Below, in pieces: positions 14,227 through 26,747 of a DNA stretch of 64,000 bases. The stretch covers positions 172,784,885 to 172,848,884 of the forward strand of contig NC_068981.1 in the NCBI RefSeq assembly GCF_001194135.2, given 5' to 3'. The position numbers and the translations under genes were made by a program. The notes below the pieces were generated by a model. That model did not search any database, was not told the origin of the DNA, and saw nothing but the letters and a program-made list of their open reading frames with translations. Each line of letters begins with the position of its first letter. Positions within the stretch are counted from its first letter, which is position 1. The DNA comes from Octopus bimaculoides (taxonomy: Eukaryota).

Positions 14227-16149
14227 ATTGTGCATGCGTTCATGTGTATGCACAGGTGCACAACAATGTACATTCCAACAAGAAGTACACACAATATCAG
14301 CTATGAAATGACCTACATCTGACATCCCCTAAATCCATCTATAAAAACCTTTTAGCTAAAGTCATAAACAACACACAGACACTGCTTACCGAATATATAA
14401 AAAAACACCCACAACTAAAACTATTTTATCAGAAGTTCTTTAAACCTCTACTTACCAATCACTAGTTTCGATCTGTGTGGACATTCGTAAATTCACCAAA
14501 GGGTCATTCAAGAGGATTCTTCATTGAATTTTTCACACAAATTTTTCAATGAAATTTTATAAAGATGACCACATTATACATAGATGTTGGTTTTGAAATT
14601 TTTTATATATTTTTATATAAGACTAGGGATTCTCACCAAGTTCTTTTCAGCATGATCGAAATAGATACAGTTGATGCTTTTCTAATATATTTATATTTTC
14701 TCAGTTGCATTCAAAGTAACCTGCTTTGCTCCTTTATCTTTCCTGATCAGTTTATATATTAACCACTTGTAATGTTAACAAGTGTTATATATTATGTGGC
14801 TGACAAGTAATTGTCTTCAGTCCAACAGTGGCTGATGAAGCGTATAATCACCAAAGCATCTAGAAGTTCTACAAGATAACTTGTAGTAAATATTCCAAAC
14901 CTAGCTAATGCACTCACTCCTCTTCTCATCAACTGTATTTTTTGCTTTATTCTTCAAGAGTTGTTATCCTTGCTGTTGTTTATAACCTCAAGACCTATGA
15001 TCATAAGCATTCAGTCTTTCATTTTTACCTCAGCCACAATGTATCTAAAACTACATTATCCAGTATATGTTTCCTTTTTCTGACATGGCATGGTTTAATT
15101 TGATATTGTAGTTACTATTCTTAAAGTTTATGCATGTTCATAGTGACTCCATCTTCAGCATGTTTGTAGAGGTTTTTTTTTCTTTGTGCAACACCAAATC
15201 AGCTTTGTAAGAAAACTCATGGTATGCAAGTAGTCAACCAAATAACAAGGTATGTAGGGTAGATATTGCAGGCAATTTGGCTGCAGTTATTAGCAGGTTA
15301 GATGACTGCACAGTGCAACAATTCTCAAATGGTGTGTTGCAGCACCTTGGTGATTTACAAGGGTACCTAGGAGCACCAAGGATTTTTAAAATGAAATTTA
15401 AGGCTATAGAAAATCCTTACTAATGCTTGAGTGTTTTGAAAAATATGTTGATCATAATTTTGTTATAAACAACTTTATAAAACAAAGTAAACAATAGTTT
15501 TCTATATATTTTTCTTTCAAATTTTAAAACTTTAAAACAGTTTTATTAACTTTCCATGGGAAGTGTGCCAGTAAGCTTTTGATCTCCAGAGTGTCATGAA
15601 ATCAAAAAGATGGAAAGTATTTGTGTAAGGGCTCCCTCATTTTTTTTGTGTTTTTGATAAATGTGTATAAACATCTACATATATATTGATTATATAGTAC
15701 TGCTTTTTTTTCTGTGTATCATTTTTTATCCCTACATAAAGGGTTTTTTTAAAGATGTGTATTAGTTAAAGGAGCAGTTGTTAATAGTTCTTTCTATAAT
15801 CTTTAACACAACTGCAATACTCTTATTTATATAGTAGCTACACCTATTACTATAAGATCTATGGTACATGATATTATAACTATTGGGACTACATTATCAT
15901 TTAAGAAAAGACAAACTGTTTGCAAGCTAAAACCTTCCAAAAAGTAAAACTGCCAATATTGAGGATATATGCCAGTTTTGGATAAGATGTAATAATAGCA
16001 GATGCTACATTTGGAATTTACTAACAATCTTGATGTCCTAACAAAAAGGACAGCTGAAATTTCCAGAAGTTATATAATAAAACATTTTATATGTTTGGTA
16101 AAAACACAAATCTAAATGTATACATCAGAAAATTATAATAAATAATCTG

Positions 16150-19100
16150 CCATACAAAGTAAACAAACACTTTAGTTACTTCGTTATAATAAATACTTCA
16201 CCATATTGAATAAACAAACAATTTAACCAATCAGTTATAGTTTATCACAATTAGTAAACAAACACTATAGTCAGTTATAACAAACAGTTGATTAGACACA
16301 CTGTAATGCTTTAGTCATTTGAAATCAGTGATTGAAATGGCTTTTAGGAATAAGAGGTACACTAAGATCTGTGAGGCTCAGTTTGAGGAAGAGTGGGAAA
16401 GGTGTGGAGGTTAGATACTATAAGCACCCTCCATACACACCTATCTCTGAGCTGAGAAACAGGGAGACACCCTCTCTCTGTGTACACTCTCCATCTCTGG
16501 TTTGAATAAATAGTTCAAGATTCACAATAAACACTTTAGTTATTTAGTTATACTCATTAACAAACACTTTGGTCCATTAGTTATAATAAATAAATCATAT
16601 AATGAGTAAACAAACATTTTACTCAGTTTTAATAAATTATTAATAATACTGAGTACACAAACAGTTTAGACAGTTATAATCAATAGTTCACTATACTGAG
16701 TAAAAAAACACATTACTCAGTTATCACAATATAGTCCACCATATTCAGTTAACACACTCTACCCATGTCTATAGCAATAAATAGTTCCTCATACTCAACA
16801 AACACACTAAAATGTCAGTAACAATAAATAGTTAACCACACTCAGTAAACACACTCTAGTATGTCAGTAATATGTTTGGTCATTAGTTTACCATACACTG
16901 TAAATGCACTGCAGAATGTCAGTTCACCATGCTTAGTAAACAAACACTCATTTGTCAATCATAATACATAGTTAATCACACTCAATAAACACATACTAGT
17001 ATGTAAGTGATAACAAATATTTCATCAAACTGGCTAAACAAACACTGTACACAGTTAATTGTAATAAACAGTTCACCATACTCAATAAATACACCCTAGT
17101 ATGCCAGTAATAATAAATATTTCAGTATACTCAGTAAACACACTGTAATATACATGTAATAATAAATAGTTCACCCATACTCAGTAAACACATTGTAGCA
17201 TGCCTATAATAATAAACAGTTCCACCATACTCAGTAAACACTCTGGTTTGTCAGAAATAATTAATAGTTCACTTACGTTCAGTAAACACACTCTAAGATG
17301 TAACAATAAATAGTTCACCATACTCAGTAAACACACTCTCTAGTATATCAATAATAATAAATAGTTCACACTCAGTAAACACAGACTTGAGTATGTAATA
17401 ATAAATAGTTCATCATGCTCAGTAAACGCACTCTAGTATGCCGGGAAAAATAAATACATTACCATACTCAGTAAATACACACACACTAGTTTGCCAATAA
17501 TAATAATAAGTGGTTCACCCATACTCAAATACATACTCTAGTATGTAATAATAAATAGTTCACTATATATAGTAAACACACACTCTGTATGTCAGTAATA
17601 AAAAATAGCTCACCATACTCAGTAAATGCACTTTAGTAAGTCAGTAATAATAAGTAGTTCACTACATTGAGTAAACACATTATTCTGCTGTTAGTTGCAG
17701 CAGAACATTTAAGATACTCAAGAAACAAACACACCAGTGTAAGTTATCATAAAAAGCCCAAAATGCTCAACAAATACAGTAATGTCAAAACATACAACAC
17801 AACAGAAAACAGTTCAGTTTGTCCATTATAACAGGTAGTTCATAATAATAATTAGTATACCGAGTGTATTCCAGTTTTTAAAATTGGTACACCATATTCC
17901 TATATGTCATAAGAAGTAATTAGGAGAGTAGGTATCAGGAATTGTATCTGGTCATAAAACACTGCCTCAAAATGTCCCATTCAACCCATGCCAACATAGA
18001 AAAGTGGACATAAAAATGGTGATGATGAATATAGGCAAAAGGCTAGAAATTTAGTAGTAAGGAGTGTAATAAATCTTATCAACCTCAGTGTTACTTGACT
18101 GGTACTTTTTGTTGTCTGGAAGAACGAAAAGCAAAGTCAACCTCAACAGGATTCACAGTCAGAACACAAAGGGACATAATTCAATACTGTAAGGTATTTT
18201 GTCAGTTGCTCTACATATTCTGCCAAGCCACTACCTTCATTTCACAATAATCATTTAAAAATCCAGTCAGACTGTTATAAGTTGTTTACTACTCTCAGTA
18301 AAGAATGACATCGATGTTATACAGTTTACCATGCTCTATAAACAAACGTTTACATAAACACACACACACACACACATAAAACCCTATGCATCCACAAGTG
18401 AAACTCAGAGTAGCAAGAGAGTGACTTGACCAAAACAGCATGCATGCATACAATCATACATTGAACTCAGCAAATTAAATATTACTCAATTAAAATAAAC
18501 TGTTTGCCATACTCAGTACAAACACACAACCTTCTATAAACAGTTCATCCATCTTTAAATAAATACTACAGTCAGTTACATTAAACAGTTCACTGTATCC
18601 AATAAATAAAACCTCAAACATTCATTTCCCCATTCATGCTCTGTATGTGTAGGATGGTGTTCTTTTCTGAAGCTATTTTTATAACTTTCTAAAGCTAATC
18701 ACAGAACTGTAAAGAAGGAATAAACATGTTGTTAGTCCAGCTCAGGTTCATGCTTCGCCTAAATGTACAACACAACGGATTTAGAAAGGCCCAAACTTAT
18801 GACTATGTGCCCAATAGCATAACTTCAAAATTATTGGAGTTCACATGTAGAAACAGTTACAGCAAATTGTTTATCATACTCATTCAACAAATATAACAAT
18901 CAGTCCATTATAATAAATGGCCCACAATATTCAGTTAATGCACAACACTGTTAGACAGTTCCCCATTCTCAAGAAACAAATAACCCATTCAATAAATAAT
19001 TCATCATGCTCAGTACACACACACACATACACCAGTTCTGTCAGTCATGAAAATTAGTTTACTGTATTTGTTTAAAAAATGCCACCGAAGTCTGTCAGTT

Positions 19101-19350
19101 ATAATAAATAGTTCCTCATACTCAGTCTACACATACTATAATAGTCAGTCACTTCATGAACCCCAACAAAGAATGCACCACAGTCAGCCATTTACAATAA
19201 ATGATCCCTGATCCCCCAATGCACAGTAAGCACATATCACTTAATTAACAGTTCACTAGAGACAGTAAACAACCCTCCACTACTCAATAAACAATTCACC
19301 AACACACTCTCACAATGTACATATCAAGATAAGTTATAGTACTTAGTTCA
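16150..19350. repeat. Degenerate ~45-50 bp tandem satellite, best conserved 16730-17700, interrupted by SINEs
   Basis: Recurrent unit ataataaatagttcaccatactcagtaaacacactctagtatgtcagta. Confidence 0.85.
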
Positions 19351-19745
19351 CCAGATTGAACAACATACCCCCCACCTCTCCATCGATCAAACAGGATAAA
19401 TAAACTGTATGTAGTGAACACGTCCAGTGGTCTATTGTAAAGAGCTAGTTTTCATTCTCTTTCTTCTCCTCATCATCATCTTAATTGTATTTGCTATTTA
19501 CGCTTTGTTATTTTTTTCCCCCATTTTGAAATGAATTTCTTTTTTATATGCTGCCATTTATATTTAGCAGTTTTAGTCAATCTCCTTTATCTACTCACAC
19601 AATACTGTCCAGTTTTCTTAATCAATAACTCATTCACTAGCTTAATCTCAAACCTTCTCAGATCAGTTGCTAAACAGCTTTATAACAGACTCTTCTCACA
19701 CAAACAAACTCAAGAGAGTTATATTTTTCTCTTTTGTTTTTGTGT

Positions 19746-20228
19746 TTACAATATTGAACAATAAGGAGATGCATATGACGCATATGATGCCATATAGTTC
19801 CATCTTCCTTCAGTCTCACTTTTCCTTGTCTTCTCAGTTTGTGCATGAATTTCATCTTCCCAAACTTCATCATATTCCCTCTCGCTAATCTCACTGTCAT
19901 CATCATCGCTGCTCTCTAGACTCCAGTCAGCAGGATAGGCAAGCATCCTCTCACAAGATGAAGAGGTTGAGGTTATCATTGTATTTCTGCTTCGACCGGC
20001 ACCACTGCCACCACCGCCACTGCCGCCGCCACCACCACTACTGCTGCTGCTGCTACAGAAGCTGGCGCCAAGCTGAGAGGCAGAGCTTGGAGAGGTGTAG
20101 CTCAGAGCTTTCATTCTGGAACTGTGGAATTTGTGGAAATGCTTACCATCTTGACAGTCCATCAGGTATCCAATGATGGGCAGGGGAAGAGGGGATGCCC
20201 ATGGATTAGGTTCTGGAATCGCTAGATT
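19746..20228 (-). CDS. Ankyrin-repeat protein, terminal coding exon (NLAIPEPNPW...SPYCSIL*), Ser/Gly-rich then acidic tail
   Basis: Acceptor ttgttttgcag, phase 0, open to the stop at 19746; in frame with the preceding exon. Confidence 0.7.
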   Translation of the reverse strand, partial: NLAIPEPNPWASPLPLPIIGYLMDCQDGKHFHKFHSSRMKALSYTSPSSASQLGASFCSSSSSSGGGGGSGGGGSGAGRSRNTMITSTSSSCERMLAYPADWSLESSDDDDSEISEREYDEVWEDEIHAQTEKTRKSETEGRWNYMASYASYASPYCSIL

Positions 20229-20483
20229 CTGCAAAACAAATGAAGTCATAAAACAGTAAACAGATAAATAAATAATGAGGCAGGGTATGAACTTAGAGAC
20301 ATAATTAAATACTGTCAGCTATTTTAACCAATACTCTACTGAAGCTGTCTAATTTTTGGTACATAACCATAAATTAAGGGTGATTGATTAAATCCTTACA
20401 CTTAACTGATACTTATTTTATTAACATGGCACTACAGTGGTTTATTTTTGTATTAAAGAAAAATAAGAAAAATAAAAAGGTAC

Positions 20484-20564
20484 CTGCTTTAATTGGTATT
20501 GCAGTAGATCAGCCATTGACTTTTGGTTTCTGCGATCTTTGAAAGACAATGGTGAACGACCATC
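20484..20564 (-). CDS. Ankyrin-repeat protein exon (DGRSPLSFKDRRNQKSMADLLQYQLKQ)
   Basis: cttttcattcag / gtacct splice sites, 81 nt, phase 0-0, ankyrin DGRSPL motif. Confidence 0.85.
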
Positions 20565-21539
20565 CTGAATGAAAAGAAGATGTGAACAGTGTATGATAAA
20601 TTAATAATGGAAAGAATGATAAAAATAATAAATAATGGCTTCTTAGCCACTGTATGATTAAGAAGCCATTACTTGCAAAGATGTTGTTTAAGCCCCACTG
20701 TATAGTACCTTGGTACCTTCAGAAAGTGTTTTCTATTATAACCTCAGGCAAACCAATGCCATGTAAGTGAATTTGGTAGACATAAACTTTGTGGAAGTGT
20801 GTGTGTGTATGTGTGTGTGTGTGTGTGTTTGTGTGTTTGTGTGCGTGCGTGCGTGTGTGTGTGTGTGTGTCCCAATACTGCTTGACGACCAGTTTTGGTT
20901 TGTTTAAGCCTCTCCTGTAACTTAGTGGTTTGGCGAAAGAGTCCAATAGAATAGATACCAGACTGGGGTCAATTAAAGTACTGGGGTCAATTAAAACCCT
21001 TAAAGGCAGTGTGCTAGCAATTCCACAGTTCCATGACTGATACAAGTAAAAGACAGAATGATAAATTTAATAAATAATGAAAAGAATGTTTAAAAAATAT
21101 ATAATAATAAACTTTTAGCTGTTAGTAACTGGATTACATTTTTGCAATATTTTTACGGGATACATCACTGGGTTGTGGCCATGCTGGGGTATTGCCTTTC
21201 AGAGAATAGTGGATTATATTGACCCCAATACATTTTTATTAACTGGTTTGTATTTTATTAACACTGGAAGAGTGAGCAGCAAAGATAACCTAGGCAGAAT
21301 TTGAAATTAGCCAATCAATACATGCATTAACCAATCTATTCATCCATATATACATATCCAACAGGTTTCTTCACAGTTTTCATCAATCAGATTTCATTCA
21401 CAAGGTCAACTTGAAGTTATGGTAGAAGACACTTACCCAATGTGACACATAGTAAAATCAAAATTAGAACAATGTGTTCATTAAACACTCAACTTCTACA
21501 TCATAGGCCATAAATGCACAGAAATATGCAAACATATAT

Positions 21540-21670
21540 CCAGCTGTAGAAACTCTGCCAAATTAGATTGGAGCCTGGTGTTGCCATCCGGTTTCACCAG
21601 TCCTCAGTCAAATCGTCCAACCCATGCTAGCATGGAAGGCGGACGTTAAACGATGATGATGATGATGATG
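21540..21670 (+). mobile_element. Octopus-type SINE 3' portion with (GAT)n tail
   Basis: ccaacccatgctagcatggaaggcggacgttaaacgatgatgat; family recurs at ~23330-23490, 27659-27705, 29600-29760, 45830-45950, 46310-46440 and 63140-63290. Confidence 0.8.
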
Positions 21671-23496
21671 ACATATACACTAGTATATACTGTATTACAA
21701 GATCATGTATTTGAAGAAGAGTTGATAAATCAATATTCATCATACATCATCATCAATTATTGCTTTAACGTTCACCTTTCCATGCTTGCATAGGTCAGAT
21801 GGAGTTTGTTGAGGCAGATTTTGTATGGCTGGATACCCTTCCTGTTGCCAACCCTCACTTGTTTTCAAGTAGACTGGAAACAAATGACACTGCTTGTTTG
21901 CCAGTGATGCTTGCTTACAACTATCATGTGATGTCAAGACAAGGAGACATAAATACACACACACAATATATATATATATATATATATATATCAAATGGAT
22001 GTCTTATAAAACTATTCCGCACATACAATAACAGCCATGCCAACAATCCAACACACCTCCATCATCAGCTGCCCCACAGATATCATTATGGTTTCAACAC
22101 CTGGACAGTACCAGTCAATCCAGCAGTGTCAACAGCACTAAAATAAGTGTTGTTTGGGAACAAACATACCTCAGATATCACCACATTTATTCAATCTTAA
22201 TTCTAGGAATGATTAAACACTAACATTATTAATTAAACTACAACAAAGAAACCACATTTACCCTATGTACAAAAACTATCAGAAAATTAATAATTCTATA
22301 AATAAACCTATAACTAACTCCTAAATTATCTAACTAAATAGCAACTTAGCCCTTGAAGTTCATGAAGATAATATTTCCACCAGTCTTCCATAGTTATTAA
22401 TTTAAAAGTGAAAGCTTTTATATTCTATTCTTTCCAAAACAAAATGAACTCAATTGAACTTAACTAATAATATAATTAATTCTAAGTGAACTACACTATT
22501 TCATAAACCAAAAGTTAATAATTAAAACACTCCATACGTATTAAATATTCGTTATCCTTAAATCCTTTAATGTTAAACTTATACCAGTAATTTAATAGAT
22601 AATATCCTTATTAAGTCAGAAACTAATAAAAGAATACCTATAATTAACAATTATTATTAAAAACCTTGTTGCGATTAAAGCTAAATATATAACTGTTTAA
22701 AAGATAATATAAAATATAAAGTATTACCACTTACATGTTATCTGGACACATGAGGTCAACTATTTTCTCAAATGACTAAATCTTTGGTGGCGTGGTGCAT
22801 AGTCCACTACTTTCTCAAATGTCTTAACTATTTGGTGATGTAGCACTCTACCAAATCCATTCAGAAATCTTTGGTCAACCCAGAGCTATATTATATTTGG
22901 GACTGAACCCAAAACCACATGGTTAGGAATCAAATTTCTTAACTACATAGCCTAATTTTTAAAATTCTTAAAATATGTGTTTCTTTACCTGAAAAGACTA
23001 ATGTATTTACAATTTTTATTTCAAATGGCTTTACATACATTTTTGTTATTCAAAACAAAGAAGTTTAATGCCAGGCTTCTAACAAGAAAGATTGTAAAGT
23101 TCTTTTGAACTGAATGTTAATCAGAAAAAAAAACATTCTTTTTTGTTCTATAGATTTAGTCTACATTTAAAGTTCCAAATACACACTAAATGTAAAGGGC
23201 AAACATTTTCACAAAACCTCCCTCAATGCTACTCCCCCACACAATTGAGGAATCTTGTCTTGCATGTAATTTGGCGACTTTGTTGGTACTAGTGTCACAT
23301 AAAAAGCACATAGTACACTCTGTAAAGTGGTTGGTGTTAGGAAGGTCATCCATCCGTAGAAATCCTGTCAAAGCAGACAGTGAAGCATGAAGTCCTCTGG
23401 ATTGCCAGCTTCTGTCAAACTGTCTAACCTATGCCAGCATTGAAAATGCACGTTAAATGGTGATGGTGATGATGATAATGATGATGAAACACATAC

Positions 23497-23598
23497 CTTA
23501 TCAACAGTAAACTCAGAACATCCATAATCAATCAATATATTTGACATTTCATTATCTTCAGGCATTCCGTGTGCATAGTGAAGAGCAGTTCGATAAAA
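23497..23598 (-). CDS. Ankyrin-repeat protein exon (FYRTALHYAHGMPEDNEMSNILIDYGCSEFTVDK)
   Basis: ttcccccccag / gtatgt splice sites, 102 nt, phase 0-0, RTALHYA ankyrin motif. Confidence 0.9.
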
Positions 23599-24524
23599 CT
23601 GGGGGGAAAAAAAGGAAATTACAATGCAAATACAAAATAAAAAATAACAAAATCAATTTAAAAATAAAATATTGTTAGAAACTGTGATGTGATAAATCCT
23701 TCACAAACACAAATATAGGAATCAGCTGTGAAGTGAATTAGATATTAAATTATTCACAGCCAGGACAATGTCACTCAATAACTGATAACTGGATTGAAGG
23801 TGCAGACTAACTATGTGTTCAAAAGGAAATTTGATTACAAAAGGTATTTTAGAAATTCATAGAGACAAGAGAAAAATGCATTTAGTATATTATTAACTGC
23901 TTATGCATTAAAAACTGTTCTAGTCAGAGATAATTTGAAAGAAAGAGGAAATGGGTAAAAATTAATTAGTAACATACTAAGAAGTATACTAACCTGATCT
24001 CTTAAAGAGTCAAGACTTAGCTTATTTTTATAAACAAGGGTGTGAACTAAAGTCCTTACAATTGGGACATAACTTCTAAGAACTGCCTTGTGAAGTACAG
24101 GTTGACCATCGCCCTAGAGAAAGCGGAAGATTTCATATGGATTATTAATCATCCAGATAAAGAATAAATAAATGTTAAAGGAAAATTATATGACATCATA
24201 GAACATCTGAACGAATAAATTCTAGAGCTCTAAGTGGTTTATGTGCTTCAACACTGCATAAAAACATTTTTGAAGATGGTTAGACATACTTCCTTATAAA
24301 GACTAAACAAATGTTTCAACATTTTCAGTCACATTCCTTTACAGACACACATTTACATGCACATATATAAAAAAACTCATATATACACACATAATATATA
24401 GACATACATCATATGCATTACATTTAACCTACCCAATCCTACCCTCTCTTCTATTTCATGTTTCATGTATTCGTGCTTCATACTTTTTTGTTGTACACGT
24501 TTCATGACGTCCTGTGCCCACATA

Positions 24525-24558
<34 letters not shown>

Positions 24559-24791
24559 TGTAAGTATGTACATATACGTATGTATATATGCATATATATA
24601 AATTATTTATATATATATATATATAAAACAGAGAGAAGGAGAGAGATATTTAGACAGTGTCACGTGACAACTTGCTGGGGCAGCCTGCTGGAGCCTAGCA
24701 GCAGGTATAAAAAGGGGAATTTGACAAGACAATCAGTCGGACGCTGACACTCGTTGATGCTGCATCGAAGAGGCCAGGGAATAGAAGAAAG

Positions 24792-25577
24792 NNNNNNNNN
24801 NNNNNNNNNNNNNNNNNNNNNNNNNNNNNNNNNNNNNNNNNNNNNNNNNNNNNNNNNNNNNNNNNNNNNNNNNNNNNNNNNNNNNNNNNNNNNNNNNNNN
24901 NNNNNNNNNNNNNNNNNNNNNNNNNNNNNNNNNNNNNNNNNNNNNNNNNNNNNNNNNNNNNNNNNNNNNNNNNNNNNNNNNNNNNNNNNNNNNNNNNNNN
25001 NNNNNNNNNNNNNNNNNNNNNNNNNNNNNNNNNNNNNNNNNNNNNNNNNNNNNNNNNNNNNNNNNNNNNNNNNNNNNNNNNNNNNNNNNNNNNNNNNNNN
25101 NNNNNNNNNNNNNNNNNNNNNNNNNNNNNNNNNNNNNNNNNNNNNNNNNNNNNNNNNNNNNNNNNNNNNNNNNNNNNNNNNNNNNNNNNNNNNNNNNNNN
25201 NNNNNNNNNNNNNNNNNNNNNNNNNNNNNNNNNNNNNNNNNNNNNNNNNNNNNNNNNNNNNNNNNNNNNNNNNNNNNNNNNNNNNNNNNNNNNNNNNNNN
25301 NNNNNNNNNNNNNNNNNNNNNNNNNNNNNNNNNNNNNNNNNNNNNNNNNNNNNNNNNNNNNNNNNNNNNNNNNNNNNNNNNNNNNNNNNNNNNNNNNNNN
25401 NNNNNNNNNNNNNNNNNNNNNNNNNNNNNNNNNNNNNNNNNNNNNNNNNNNNNNNNNNNNNNNNNNNNNNNNNNNNNNNNNNNNNNNNNNNNNNNNNNNN
25501 NNNNNNNNNNNNNNNNNNNNNNNNNNNNNNNNNNNNNNNNNNNNNNNNNNNNNNNNNNNNNNNNNNNNNNNNNNNNN
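24792..25577. other. Assembly gap (786 N); other gaps at 5221-5294, 26825-26834, 27559-27658, 36090-36189, 36822-36968, 38218-38227, 49382-50137 and 61261-61270
   Basis: Runs of N. Confidence 1.
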
Positions 25578-26043
25578 AGTCTTTTACATTTCGAGCCTAC
25601 GCTCTTCAACAGAAAAGAACACGAGAAAATAAAAGAAGCTTTAGCAAATAACAGTCAGTCATGGTGGCTGGCTGGACAGAGGTGGTTAGACAGGAGAGCT
25701 AGGAAGGAGGGAAGATAATAAAGTATTGGCAATCCGAAAATGAAGGTGCACGTGCGTGTGTATGTGAGAGTGAGTAAATGTGTGCTTGTGGATAGGGCCG
25801 GTGACCTTGATATGTGGATGTGTACTTCATTTTCCAAAGAACTACTATTAGAAAATGTACTGCAAACAAAGCAGTAAGTTTGAAAACATAAGGATTTACA
25901 ATTTCAGAACTACAACAATTTATAAGGCATGTTTAGATGAAATTTACACTTCTTTTGTATAATGTGTACATTGTAAACAGTCATGGAGAAAAACAGATAT
26001 GCAAAATTTGTTGGGTATTGCATTGAAATAAACTTTGGTTTAC

Positions 26044-26169
26044 CTTGTATCTGGCACCAGCAAGGCAAGGTTCAAATGCAGAAAGTTCTGGGTCATTAGT
26101 AAATAAATTGTTAGTTACTTCCTCCACATTTCCTTCAACAACAGCAGTAACAAATAATTTGATTTTCTC
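26044..26169 (-). CDS. Ankyrin-repeat protein exon (EKIKLFVTAVVEGNVEEVTNNLFTNDPELSAFEPCLAGARYK)
   Basis: tttattgcag / gtaaac splice sites, 126 nt, phase 0-0. Confidence 0.85.
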
Positions 26170-26651
26170 CTGCAATAAATATAATCAGTCACCTGTTAAA
26201 GTAGCATTTCTTCACAGCAACATCTATCATGTCTTTTCAAACACATAGGCATGTAATTTTCTTTATTTTTACAAATACGTAATAATGGTATCTTTTGACA
26301 AAGCACATGACACAATTTAAAGATGATTATAGATGATTTAAATTGACTCAGAATATTGGTTTCATTTGGCACAAGGTTAGCAAATTTGGGGAAGTGGGTT
26401 TATTACATTGACCCCAGTGCTTACTTGCTACTTATTCTAATGACCCTGAAAGGATGAAAGACAAAGTCAACCACGGCAGAATTTGCACTCAGAACACAAA
26501 GACAGACAAAATTCCACTAAGCTTTTCTGCCTGGTGTACTAATAATTCTGCCGGCTCACTGTATTAATTGACACAGAATACTTCTTGTATGTATTTTGTC
26601 AACCTTGAAACAGAAAAATGATGGATAATTTTCAATGTTCAGACAACTTAC

Positions 26652-26747
26652 CTGATATTTGCTAAAATTTTGAAAGGCTGAGGTATTTGGAGTAGGGGAT
26701 TTCTGAGAAAGACTAGCTGAATCCTCACTTTCTTCTGATGGATTGTT
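26652..26747 (-). CDS. Ankyrin-repeat protein linker exon (NNPSEESEDSASLSQKSPTPNTSAFQNFSKYQ)
   Basis: cttttcctccag / gtaagt splice sites, 96 nt, phase 0-0. Confidence 0.75.

Noticed and set aside
14825-14865. Hammerhead at CTGATGA agcgtataatcacc aaag
   Set aside because: GAAA is absent and stem II is disrupted; at best a dead relic
16730-17700. CRISPR-like array
   Set aside because: Eukaryotic context, no constant repeat with unique spacers, no cas genes; it is a degenerate satellite
19958-20176. His/Cys-rich metal-binding-like peptide on +
   Set aside because: Antisense shadow of the Ser/Gly trinucleotide tract in the ankyrin terminal exon
24695-25632. ~300-aa ORFs (also 49361-50143)
   Set aside because: Almost entirely N gap
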